From a virus, in IMG/VR virus record IMGVR_UViG_3300047509_000037, positions 1 through 64,000 of that record: a stretch of 64,000 nt of DNA; one strand, 5' to 3'. A program made the position numbers and the translations under genes. This document shows positions 28,917-37,480 of this stretch, one piece after another (within the stretch, counting starts at the first letter, position 1; every line of letters starts with the position of its first letter). The notes below the pieces were generated by a model, which did not search any database, was not told where the DNA came from, and saw only the letters and a list, made by a program, of their open reading frames with translations.

Positions 28917-29510
28917 CTAAGCAGAAGCCCACAGGGGAGAGGCAAAGCAAAGCCCCTGAGACTAGCCGAAGCGGAATAGAAGTCCTGAGACGGTGACCGA
29001 AACCGTTTCATACCAGCGTAACGCACTAATGCAAGCCGAAACCGGACAGTCCTAGAACATCCGGCAGGGGCTACAGGATGCGAACCGCGAGACGCCGCAC
29101 AACGGCACGGTATGAGGCGCAACGGCTGAACCCGTAAGGCTGAGTGAACATCCTGACCACTCAAATCATCGGCTCCACGGAGCGAGATGGAAACACAACG
29201 ACAGCGCACAATCGAAAACGTGTAGCGTTCACGAACCCAGAAAGCAGATTGCCTTCGATGGCAAACGGCACGTGCAGACGACCGTATCTGACGACAATGA
29301 GAAGCGTGAATGCTGCGAGTCAGTCGATTGACTAACGATTACCTGTTCCGCATCTCCCGCGAAAGCGGTTGGAACAACGGGCGCATCCCTCGTGGGTGCG
29401 CTCGAAAATTTCTGGAGGCTACGAAACGCAGACGTGTGGACCTGGATGAAGCGAAGACCGAAAATCCTAGCAGGGTATCAGGGCGTGGTAGTAGAGACGG
29501 CAACACCGTC
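28896..29510 (+). ncRNA. Candidate large structured RNA / long leader (~620 nt)
   Basis: No credible ORF; many hairpins (GAGACGGT/ACCGTTTC, CCGC-GAAA-GCGG, GGGCGCATCC/GGGTGCGCTC, GACGG/CCGTC). Confidence 0.45.
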
Positions 29511-29534
29511 AAATCGCAGTGAGGAGCAAACATC

Positions 29535-30458
29535 ATGGCATCACTCGCACCCGCATTCAATCAGACAGTCAACGTCACGAAGGCAACCCAAGAATGCGTG
29601 TACATCACGACGCACTATCACATGGGCATCGGTCGGATGCGACAGATTAGCCTCGACACGAAGAACGTCACGACCGCTGACGCGTCGGAACTGCGTCACC
29701 AGAAGCGGCTGATTGATTCGCCTGAACTCGACGCCATCCGTTCGCAGGATGGATTCATGCAGCGCCACATCGACAGCGTCACCTGTGCTTGCGACAAGAG
29801 CACGCGGTTCCTGCCGAAGCCCGAACTGGCGAAGCTGTACAAGGCGCTGGTCGCATACCAGACCATCCGGCGTCCGAAACTCGTGGACGCATTCATGGCG
29901 AAGTATGAAGCCCTCGAAGCTGCGGACTTCACGCCACTGGCTGAAGTGCTGGGCGACAAGTTTGACCGTGCCGATTATCCGAAGGCTGACACGGTTCGCG
30001 CTGGCTTCTACATGACGTTCCGCATTCGTCCGGTCGGTAGCGTGAACCTTGAAGGCTGCCCTGACTTCGTCATTGCGATGGAGTTGGAGAAAGAACTGAG
30101 CGAACGCACTGCCGCAATCGAAGCGTGGAAGGACACGCTGCGGTTGGCTGGTCTCGCTGCCGTAGAGACCCTGGCGAAGGCACTGTCGCCTGACCCGGAT
30201 GGCAAGCGCAAGAAACTCTACGAGAGCAACGTCGAGAACCTGAAGCAATACCTCGACACATTCACCAACCGCGACCTCGCCTCTGACATCGAATATCAGA
30301 AGACGGTCGTCGAACCGCTGAAAGCTATGATGCGCGGCGTCTCAATCGAAAAGTTGCGAGAGAGCGACAACCTGAAAGTTGAAATCGCTGCCAAGCTGGA
30401 AGGCATCAAGAAGAATGCCAGCCGGCTCGTGCAAGTCACTGGTCGTAAAATTCGCTAG
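29535..30458 (+). CDS. DUF3150-like protein with C-terminal GRKIR
   Basis: KRLIDS..., LGDKFDRADYP...VRAGF, GKRKKLYESNVENL; ends VTGRKIR*. Confidence 0.65.
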   Translation: MASLAPAFNQTVNVTKATQECVYITTHYHMGIGRMRQISLDTKNVTTADASELRHQKRLIDSPELDAIRSQDGFMQRHIDSVTCACDKSTRFLPKPELAKLYKALVAYQTIRRPKLVDAFMAKYEALEAADFTPLAEVLGDKFDRADYPKADTVRAGFYMTFRIRPVGSVNLEGCPDFVIAMELEKELSERTAAIEAWKDTLRLAGLAAVETLAKALSPDPDGKRKKLYESNVENLKQYLDTFTNRDLASDIEYQKTVVEPLKAMMRGVSIEKLRESDNLKVEIAAKLEGIKKNASRLVQVTGRKIR

Positions 30459-30509
30459 ACAACAGCCCTCCCCCGGCTGTACACTTCAAAAGTTCACGAG
30501 GAGAACACA

Positions 30510-30713
30510 ATGAAGACATTCGCTACGTTGTTCGCTATCGCGGTAGGCTTCTGGTGCTTCCCGCTTATCGGCATCGCGGTCGCTGCGATTGCTCTGGTAT
30601 GTTTGCTCGTGGACGACAGCAGCACTCGCACGCAGAAAGAACTGGTCAAGAAATATGCTCAAGCAAAAAAGATGTCAACACAATCGCGCTCTACACCTTT
30701 GCCGAGAGTGTAA
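30510..30713 (+). CDS. Small membrane protein
   Basis: GAGGAG RBS; hydrophobic N-terminal half. Confidence 0.5.
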   Translation: MKTFATLFAIAVGFWCFPLIGIAVAAIALVCLLVDDSSTRTQKELVKKYAQAKKMSTQSRSTPLPRV

Positions 30714-30888
30714 CGGCGTAGGGTTTTGTGAGCATGACAAACTTCGCACCTACTGCACACGATGCAAGGGCGGTGGAACCTGCCAACATGGGCGGGTTCG
30801 ATAATCGCATGAAGATGTCGCAAACCGAATCCGAATTTCTGAAACAGGTTGCACGTATCTACAAACTTCGCATTGAGGAGATTTAGTC

Positions 30889-32451
30889 ATGTCTAAGACA
30901 TTCATTCAGATGTTCACGGATGCCCGCGCAGTCTCGACACCGAACGTCGCAATCAAGACGTTCGACAACGCGTCCACCATCCAAGGTATTCGCGCTTCAC
31001 TCGGCGGCGAACTCGCTGAGTTAACGCCGTTCGTATCGTGGGATGGTATCCACGGTCTCAAAGGTCTGAACGACTCCGGCGTCGAAGCGGTCGATGCGAT
31101 GTGCAAGAAAGCTGACGGCGGCGCTGGGGTTGACCGCGCTGCCACGGTTGACTTGACCATCTGTCTCGCCACGCTTGAAGAAGCGGACGAGGATGTCATC
31201 GCCTTCATTCACAACCCGCAATTGTTTTGGGACAAAGACCCGCGTGCCATTCAGGGCATGTGGAATCTGCGTGACCCCAACAAGGCGGCTGGCAACATGC
31301 TGGTGCTCTTGCTTGGTCCTGGCGACGAACTGCCTGCGGAACTTCAGCAGGACACGCTGGTGCTCGAAGAACCGTTGCCCACGCGTGACCAGCTTGCGAA
31401 AATCGTGACCGACACCTACGGTTACTTCGCACAGAAATATCCCGCGTGCAAAAAGGGACCGTCGGCTGAAGTGCTCAAGGCTGCGGTCGATGCACTCATC
31501 GGTCTGCCAGCGTTCCCGGCTGACCAGGCTGTTGCGATGTGCTTGGACAAAGCCACGGGCATTCTCGACATCGAAACCCTGTGGGCACGCAAGCGCAGCA
31601 TCGTGAGCCAGAACCCCGGACTCAGCTACCACGCTGGGAAAGAGAAGCTGGCTGACATGTACGGATGCGCCCCGATTCAGGCATTCGGCAAGGCTTTCAT
31701 GGGCGGCAAGTTCGCTCCCACACTCATCGTCCGCATGGATGAAATCGAAAAGCAATTCGCTGGCGCTGGCACGGATAGCAGCGGCACGAAAGGCAACCTG
31801 CTTGGTGAGTGGCTGACGTGGGTGAACGACAAGCGCATCGTGTGCTCGTTGTTCGTCGGCGTTCCGGGTTCGTCCAAGTCGCACAGCGTTTACTGCATCG
31901 GCGGCGAGTACGGTCGTCCGGTCATCAACTACAGCATCCCCGGCATGGAGCATGAGCACGTCGGCATGTCTTCACGTCACCAGCGCACAGCGCACCGCGT
32001 GCTGGACGCAATCAGCGACGAGAAAATCTGGCTCATCGCTACTGCGAACAACATCGACGGCTTGCCGCCGGAGCTAATCTCCCGGTTCCAAGTCGGCGGC
32101 ATTTTCTTCTTCGATGCTCCTGACTCCGATGAGAAGCAGGGCATTATGAAGCTGAAGATGAAAGCCTACGGTCTCGACGCAAACCAGGACGTTCCGAACA
32201 TGGACGACTGGACTGGTCGTGACGTTGACAACTGCGCTCGTAAGGCGCTCACGCTGGGTATCGACTTGGACAACGCGTCGAAGTTCATCGTGCCACTGCT
32301 CCAGTCACACGGGGCGCAGATGGATGCACTGCGGCAATCCGCCAGCGGTCGCTTCCTCGCAGCCAACAAAGAAGGCGTGTACAAATACAGTCCTCCTGTT
32401 AAGAAACCTATTGTCACCGTCACAAACCCTGAGGGTAGGAAAGTCAGGTAG
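30889..32451 (+). CDS. Ycf46-like AAA+ ATPase with permuted core and C-terminal GRKVR
   Basis: Walker B IVRMDEIEK precedes Walker A-like GVPGSSKS; sensor-1 IATANN, LPPELISRF, IFFFDAP, WTGRDV. Confidence 0.85.
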   Translation: MSKTFIQMFTDARAVSTPNVAIKTFDNASTIQGIRASLGGELAELTPFVSWDGIHGLKGLNDSGVEAVDAMCKKADGGAGVDRAATVDLTICLATLEEADEDVIAFIHNPQLFWDKDPRAIQGMWNLRDPNKAAGNMLVLLLGPGDELPAELQQDTLVLEEPLPTRDQLAKIVTDTYGYFAQKYPACKKGPSAEVLKAAVDALIGLPAFPADQAVAMCLDKATGILDIETLWARKRSIVSQNPGLSYHAGKEKLADMYGCAPIQAFGKAFMGGKFAPTLIVRMDEIEKQFAGAGTDSSGTKGNLLGEWLTWVNDKRIVCSLFVGVPGSSKSHSVYCIGGEYGRPVINYSIPGMEHEHVGMSSRHQRTAHRVLDAISDEKIWLIATANNIDGLPPELISRFQVGGIFFFDAPDSDEKQGIMKLKMKAYGLDANQDVPNMDDWTGRDVDNCARKALTLGIDLDNASKFIVPLLQSHGAQMDALRQSASGRFLAANKEGVYKYSPPVKKPIVTVTNPEGRKVR

Positions 32452-32453
32452 GT

Positions 32454-32834
32454 ATGCGCGATATTAAGAAACTGAAAGCGAAATGGTATCGCCATGCTCA
32501 CTCCATCGGTGGAAAGTATCGAAACACTCGGGCGAGTGCTAAGAGACGAGGACTCCAATTCACTCTTACACTCGCGGAGTTTAGGGCTATCCTAAAGAAG
32601 CCGTGTGCCTACGGTGATGCCATCCACAGTCTGAAGTTACACGTCGGCATCGACCGGAAGGACAACCAGCGCGGGTACGTTCGAGGTAATTGCGTGGCGT
32701 GTTGTGGAAAGCACAATCACATCAAAGGCACGTGGGCGTCGTATCGCCAGATGCGTTCTCTGATGCAAGAGTGCAAGAACAAAGCATTCACCACTTGCCA
32801 AGACAACGTGGGCGGGCGTAAAATTCCATCTTAG
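32454..32834 (+). CDS. HNH-like endonuclease
   Basis: AKRRGLQFTLT...GIDRKDNQRGYVRGNCVACC..HN.IK. Confidence 0.75.
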   Translation: MRDIKKLKAKWYRHAHSIGGKYRNTRASAKRRGLQFTLTLAEFRAILKKPCAYGDAIHSLKLHVGIDRKDNQRGYVRGNCVACCGKHNHIKGTWASYRQMRSLMQECKNKAFTTCQDNVGGRKIPS

Positions 32835-32844
32835 GAGCATTCAC

Positions 32845-33258
32845 GTGAAAGCATTCCCGAAGACAGAGCGAAAGATTCTGACGGTCACCATCGACGAGAA
32901 CGGTGACATGTTATATCTAAAAACTGATTCGTGCGATGTGCTTCTCGAACTCGGTGAGACAGTCACGAAGCGTGCGAGTCACGTTGAGCCTGTGAGCGTG
33001 CCCCTGCGGTACGCGTTCAGGTTGCTCCGCATGTTCGGAGATAAGACACGCGTGGCAGAGTGGACGCGTCACTGGCAATGCGAATGGCTGGTGGACACGA
33101 GACCCGTCGGTGGTCCGGTGCTCACGTATGCCGATGTCGAGCCGCGCTACAAAAACTTGAGTGCGCCAATCGGCAAGCGCATCGCAACATGGCGCAATCG
33201 CCAGGACGCGATTGACGCCGAAATTATTTTCTTGAACGAATGGTTCCTCACGCGGTAG
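32845..33258 (+). CDS. Conserved 'RASHVEP' protein of AAA/DUF1257/DUF2997 modules
   Basis: KRASHVEP...W.VD..PVGGPVL...RQDAIDAE..FL. Confidence 0.65.
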   Translation: MKAFPKTERKILTVTIDENGDMLYLKTDSCDVLLELGETVTKRASHVEPVSVPLRYAFRLLRMFGDKTRVAEWTRHWQCEWLVDTRPVGGPVLTYADVEPRYKNLSAPIGKRIATWRNRQDAIDAEIIFLNEWFLTR

Positions 33259-33285
33259 AATCCAATTCTCGAAGGGAGCAACACC

Positions 33286-33720
33286 ATGAGCGAGTATCGC
33301 AAGAGCACGACGAACTGCAAAGACCGGGAAGTGCTGATTGGCGCACTGATTGAGATGGGCTACAAGCGTGAGCACATCGAAATCCACGAGCAAGCCCAGC
33401 AGCTAATCGACTTCCAAGGGCACCCCACACGCTACATCGACCCGACAGGCGACAAGGCGAACGTCATCGTTCGTCGCAGGCATGTGGGCGGCGCTGCGAA
33501 CGACCTTGGGTTCAAGCTGAATCCAGAGACGGGCACCTACGACGCAATCATCAGCCGCTACGACAGCGGCAAGCACAATGCGAAGTGGCTTGCTGGTCTG
33601 AAGACGAACTACGCTGAGAAGGGCTTGGCGAAGACCCTGAAGAAACAGGGCTTCAAATATCTCGGCAAGGAAATCGTCAACGGCAAGATTCAAATCAAGT
33701 ACATGGACATGAAGGCGTAG
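33286..33720 (+). CDS. DUF1257 (Ycf35-like) protein
   Basis: MSEY..., LIGALIEMGY, ANDLGF...GTYDAIISRYD, KKQGF. Confidence 0.75.
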   Translation: MSEYRKSTTNCKDREVLIGALIEMGYKREHIEIHEQAQQLIDFQGHPTRYIDPTGDKANVIVRRRHVGGAANDLGFKLNPETGTYDAIISRYDSGKHNAKWLAGLKTNYAEKGLAKTLKKQGFKYLGKEIVNGKIQIKYMDMKA

Positions 33721-33755
33721 AGCCAACATCCAAATTCAACCAGGAGAAAAACATC

Positions 33756-33950
33756 ATGGCGAAAATTCTGACAGCGACGATTGACCCCGCGACCGGAGAG
33801 ATGGAAGTTGACCTCTCCGGCTACAAGGGCAAAGGTTGCCACGCGGTTCAAGAGGCAATCAGCAAAGCGATGGGCAGCACGACCATCGAAGACAAACGCA
33901 AGCGCGAGTACAACGACGTGGAAGTGAGCAAGGTCTGCGTCCGGTCGTGA
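33756..33950 (+). CDS. DUF2997-like small protein
   Basis: IDP.TGEMEVDLSGYKGKGC...MG...KREY. Confidence 0.7.
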   Translation: MAKILTATIDPATGEMEVDLSGYKGKGCHAVQEAISKAMGSTTIEDKRKREYNDVEVSKVCVRS

Positions 33951-34312
33951 ACCAGCCCGCATACAAGGGACACGTCGTCGAGTATCGTGCATACCACGAT
34001 GCCCGACGGCGATGTCTGAATCCGAAATGCGCAGACTACCCGAACTACGGCGGACGTGGAATCCAATTCCTGTTTGCATCGTTCGAGGAGTTCTTCGACG
34101 TGCTAGGCGAACGCCCGCCGGGGAAGATGCTTGACCGCATCAACAACGATGGGCACTACGAGAAGGGCAACGTCCGGTGGGCGTCTCGTGCCGTGAGCCT
34201 CAAGAACCAGAGGCATCCGAAGATTGCCAGCCTAGCGAACTTCACAACGTCCGAACTGCTGGCGGAACTCGCCAAGCGAATCTCCAAAGGGGAAATCAAA
34301 TGTTCATTGTAA
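33947..34312 (+). CDS. HNH endonuclease
   Basis: RRCLNP...YPNYGGRGI...LDRINNDGHYEKGNVRWA. Confidence 0.8.
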   Translation: MNQPAYKGHVVEYRAYHDARRRCLNPKCADYPNYGGRGIQFLFASFEEFFDVLGERPPGKMLDRINNDGHYEKGNVRWASRAVSLKNQRHPKIASLANFTTSELLAELAKRISKGEIKCSL

Positions 34313-34695
34313 CGCCAAACGGAGTAATCATCGACGCTCAAGAGTACGCACGCATCATCACCCGCCTTGCCTTCAAGGTGCTGAAGTCCAGCATCGAAGA
34401 CAAAGACATCCAGCGTTTGCTGCCCTTCCAGACCTCTCTGGAACTCGGCAACCACGTCCACATCGTGAACGAATCAGCCTACGCGGTTGAGACGAAGTAC
34501 CACGTCATCACCGACGGCGATACGCTCTGTGCTCGTGGCGGTCGTCCGCGTGGCACCGTGACAGGCACAGCGCCCACGTGCCCAGGCTGCTTGGCGAAGG
34601 CTCAGGGCATCGTCGTCAACCACCTGCTCGACCAAGCGGCGGGAGATTTTCTCGCGGTCGCTTACAAACTTCAGGAGGTTGCTGAGGGCAACTAA
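34300..34695 (+). CDS. Hypothetical protein with H/C zinc site
   Basis: H...LC...TCPGC. Confidence 0.55.
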   Translation: MFIVTPNGVIIDAQEYARIITRLAFKVLKSSIEDKDIQRLLPFQTSLELGNHVHIVNESAYAVETKYHVITDGDTLCARGGRPRGTVTGTAPTCPGCLAKAQGIVVNHLLDQAAGDFLAVAYKLQEVAEGN

Positions 34696-34832
34696 TGACC
34701 GAGCACTAGGAGACCCTATGAAATTATTTTTCTTCGCAGGCGGCAGTATCGTGTATGCTCTGTGTGTGGTCGTAGCCGGAAGATTTTTGAAACTGGTTCG
34801 CACTCCCCCAACTCCAACACCGGAGAAACCAA

Positions 34833-35195
34833 GTGCCACTAGCAACATTCGCCGGAGTGCCTGATGGTCCCGTCATCGCATTGGCAAAACTGAGGCTGGA
34901 GAAATCCAAACTCAAAATGCCGTGCGAGACGCGGGCGCAAGCACTGAACATCCTGCGTAGCATTCAACCAGCACCAGCGAAGAATGCGCCGCTCAACATC
35001 AAATCAGCCTCGGTCGTGCATGACGCGTGCCGCAACTGTGGTAAGCCAATACCGTTCGGGACTCCATGCAAGGTGTGCTTCAACGGCGAACTGCCAGAGC
35101 ACATCTCGTGCAAGAAAGTCAGCAAGACCAAGCGGCAAGAGGAAGCGGCATTGCGTAAGTTGTACCTCGAAGCCATCAAACAAGTCTCGTGGTAA
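34833..35195 (+). CDS. Hypothetical Zn-finger protein
   Basis: CRNCG...CKVC. Confidence 0.5.
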   Translation: MPLATFAGVPDGPVIALAKLRLEKSKLKMPCETRAQALNILRSIQPAPAKNAPLNIKSASVVHDACRNCGKPIPFGTPCKVCFNGELPEHISCKKVSKTKRQEEAALRKLYLEAIKQVSW

Positions 35196-35356
35196 TTCGC
35201 ATTTCAACTCAGCCCTGAGGAGGGTCATCATGCCTGGATACGGAGCGAAGGAAGCACGCATCAACAAAGAGCGCCAGCCGCGAGTCAATCTGTGTACCTG
35301 CGGGAAAGAAATTGACAACGGTGCGCTCCTGTGTCAAGATTGCTATGAGGAGATTC

Positions 35357-35878
35357 ATGGACAATCAAACACAGAAGTTAACGAGGGGCGCGAAGTCTCG
35401 TAGGAAATGGCGTAGTCGTTGTATCGAACAGGGTTTGTGCGTGGGGTGTGGGCGAACTCCCAACACGGGTGGTCCGCCGCACATGTGCGAACCCTGTGCA
35501 ACGCGCCAGAAAAATTATGGAACTGAACGTCGTGCGCGGGCAAAGTCAATCGGGCTGTGTACCCTTTGCGGTAAGAACCCTCCGATTGTTGGACGACGTT
35601 TATGTTCCGCGTGCGTGCTCTACCACAAGTTAAGCGATTTGAGGAGTGCGGGTTTATCGGAAGCTGAGGTAGACCGTGCCCATCATGCCGTCATAAATTT
35701 TCAAAACCTGTGCGATGCGTGTGGTCGCAATGACTGTGGAAGGTGGTGTCTAGACCATGACCACGACAGAAAAATCTTTAGAGGAATCGTCGGAAACAAG
35801 TGTAACCTCGCCCTTGGGCACGCCCGCGACAATGCAGACACCCTACGGCTACTCGCCGCATACATCGACCGAAGATGA
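35357..35878 (+). CDS. Endonuclease VII-family endonuclease with N-terminal Zn fingers
   Basis: GLCVGCG, GLCTLCG repeats; CDACG...LDHDH...FRGIVGNKCN. Confidence 0.8.
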   Translation: MDNQTQKLTRGAKSRRKWRSRCIEQGLCVGCGRTPNTGGPPHMCEPCATRQKNYGTERRARAKSIGLCTLCGKNPPIVGRRLCSACVLYHKLSDLRSAGLSEAEVDRAHHAVINFQNLCDACGRNDCGRWCLDHDHDRKIFRGIVGNKCNLALGHARDNADTLRLLAAYIDRR

Positions 35879-35992
35879 GGGTGAGGAAGCGCGGCGGACC
35901 CGATGACGTGCAAACGTTGTGGACTCGCCCGCCCAGAGCGTTACGGCATAGGCTGGCGCTGTGGGTGCTGCGGGTTGTTATATGTAACAGAC

Positions 35993-36065
35993 GGGGTTGG
36001 GGTAGTGGTATCGGCAGGGTCTCCAAAGCCCATGCCAGCAGGTTCGACCCCTGCCAGCCCCGCCA
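35993..36065 (+). tRNA. tRNA-Trp(CCA), weak D-arm
   Basis: GGGGTTG/CAGCCCC-G-CCA acceptor; loop CT-CCA-AA; GCAGG-TTCGACC-CCTGC. Confidence 0.7.
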
Positions 36066-36496
36066 AATAGCCAGAAATGCCACTTTCCCGCCCCCGCCCT
36101 GAGGGTTTGGGCGTCGGATGGGTCTTAGCCTACCCTGGCACGCCGGAGGGCTTAAATCGACCGCAAACGCAAAACGGAGGGCTATGAGCCAAGCTGAGAG
36201 TAACAGGACGCGCCGGGGTGCCATATCCGAGCTACAAACCGCCGCCGACCTGAGCGACGACTGGCGAATGGCGTCATCATTCGACCGAAAGGAATCCATG
36301 AGCTACTGGACAGAAAAAATCGGATGGCGTGAGAGCATCACGACGCTGTGCGGCTGGCTGAATGAAATCATCCCGCTCATCGCGTTCGCGTTTCTCATCG
36401 CGCTGTGGATGAGTGGTGCCCGATGAGTTGTAATCGACAACAGAAATATGATGCACAAACCTTAGAACGGTTAGCAAAATACTTGAGGAGGCGAAC

Positions 36497-36688
36497 ATGA
36501 GTTTCACAGCCTTCTTTCAGGCAGATGGTGAACTGCGCTACACCATCGGCACGACGAAGATGCAACACACCGCAGACTTCGCCGCAGAGAATTTCATCAA
36601 GCGCATGACGCACCCTGAGGTTGGTATCTGGTGGGTGTGGGTCGAGGAGACCAATGACCCGGACGACGAAGCAAAAAGAAATCGCTAG
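36497..36688 (+). CDS. Hypothetical protein
   Basis: GAGGAGG RBS. Confidence 0.55.
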   Translation: MSFTAFFQADGELRYTIGTTKMQHTADFAAENFIKRMTHPEVGIWWVWVEETNDPDDEAKRNR

Positions 36689-36851
36689 TCATTGCACGTG
36701 CCCGCATTGTAAGCTGGCTCACAAGATGCCCGCCTACGTCTACGCACATTGGGAAGACGCGTTCACCGTGACGTGTGCCGATGAAGGCGAGACCAAGGGA
36801 TGCGGCAAACAGTTCGAGATGTTTCAGGGAGAGACCGAATGTATAAACTGA
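36654..36851 (+). CDS. Small Zn-ribbon protein
   Basis: CPHC...TC...GCG. Confidence 0.5.
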   Translation: MTRTTKQKEIASHCTCPHCKLAHKMPAYVYAHWEDAFTVTCADEGETKGCGKQFEMFQGETECIN

Positions 36852-37480
36852 ACGGTAAGAACCTCAGCCTCGCACGTCTCATCCCACGAGGGAAAGACGC
36901 GGACAAGCGTTTGAAATATCTCCACGTCAACAACAAGGGCGTCACCGCTGTCAGCCCCGAACTGGTCGCACGCGTCACACTGCCTGACGGTGTAGCGCAG
37001 CCCCAGCAGTCGGTCATCTACCCGCAGGAGTCTCTTGATTCGATTCCGATGGGAGCACGTGCGCCGGAGAGCAACGAACTGGTGACACTGACTGGAGACA
37101 AGCCCGCGTTCACAGGTCCGCACTATCTCGTGCCGATGGTGGACAAGTGCTTCCCAGAGCCGACAGAGACCACCGCGACGTTCACGTGCAACGGAGAACT
37201 TCTCCGCAAGCTGCTCACGGTCGCGTGCGAAGTGTGCAACGACAGCAACAAGACTCTGCGTCTTCGCATCGTTGACAACGGCAAGGCTCTACGCGTGGAC
37301 ACGTATCGCCAGCCGGGAGAACAAGAATTTTGTGGCGTCATCAAACCAATTGAGTACGACGGCGATTACATCCCCGGCGAGATTCCATCAGGTACGCCGA
37401 AGGTCGAGAAGAAACCTCAGCAGACAGGTCTGTTGCTGAAGACCAGCGCCGGGAGGAAAATCCGAGGCGAGGGTGAGTAA
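36839..37480 (+). CDS. Possible degenerate beta-clamp-fold protein with near-terminal GRKIR
   Basis: C-terminal FCGVIKPI resembles clamp-like C-terminal strands; ends SAGRKIRGEGE*. Confidence 0.5.
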   Translation: MYKLNGKNLSLARLIPRGKDADKRLKYLHVNNKGVTAVSPELVARVTLPDGVAQPQQSVIYPQESLDSIPMGARAPESNELVTLTGDKPAFTGPHYLVPMVDKCFPEPTETTATFTCNGELLRKLLTVACEVCNDSNKTLRLRIVDNGKALRVDTYRQPGEQEFCGVIKPIEYDGDYIPGEIPSGTPKVEKKPQQTGLLLKTSAGRKIRGEGE

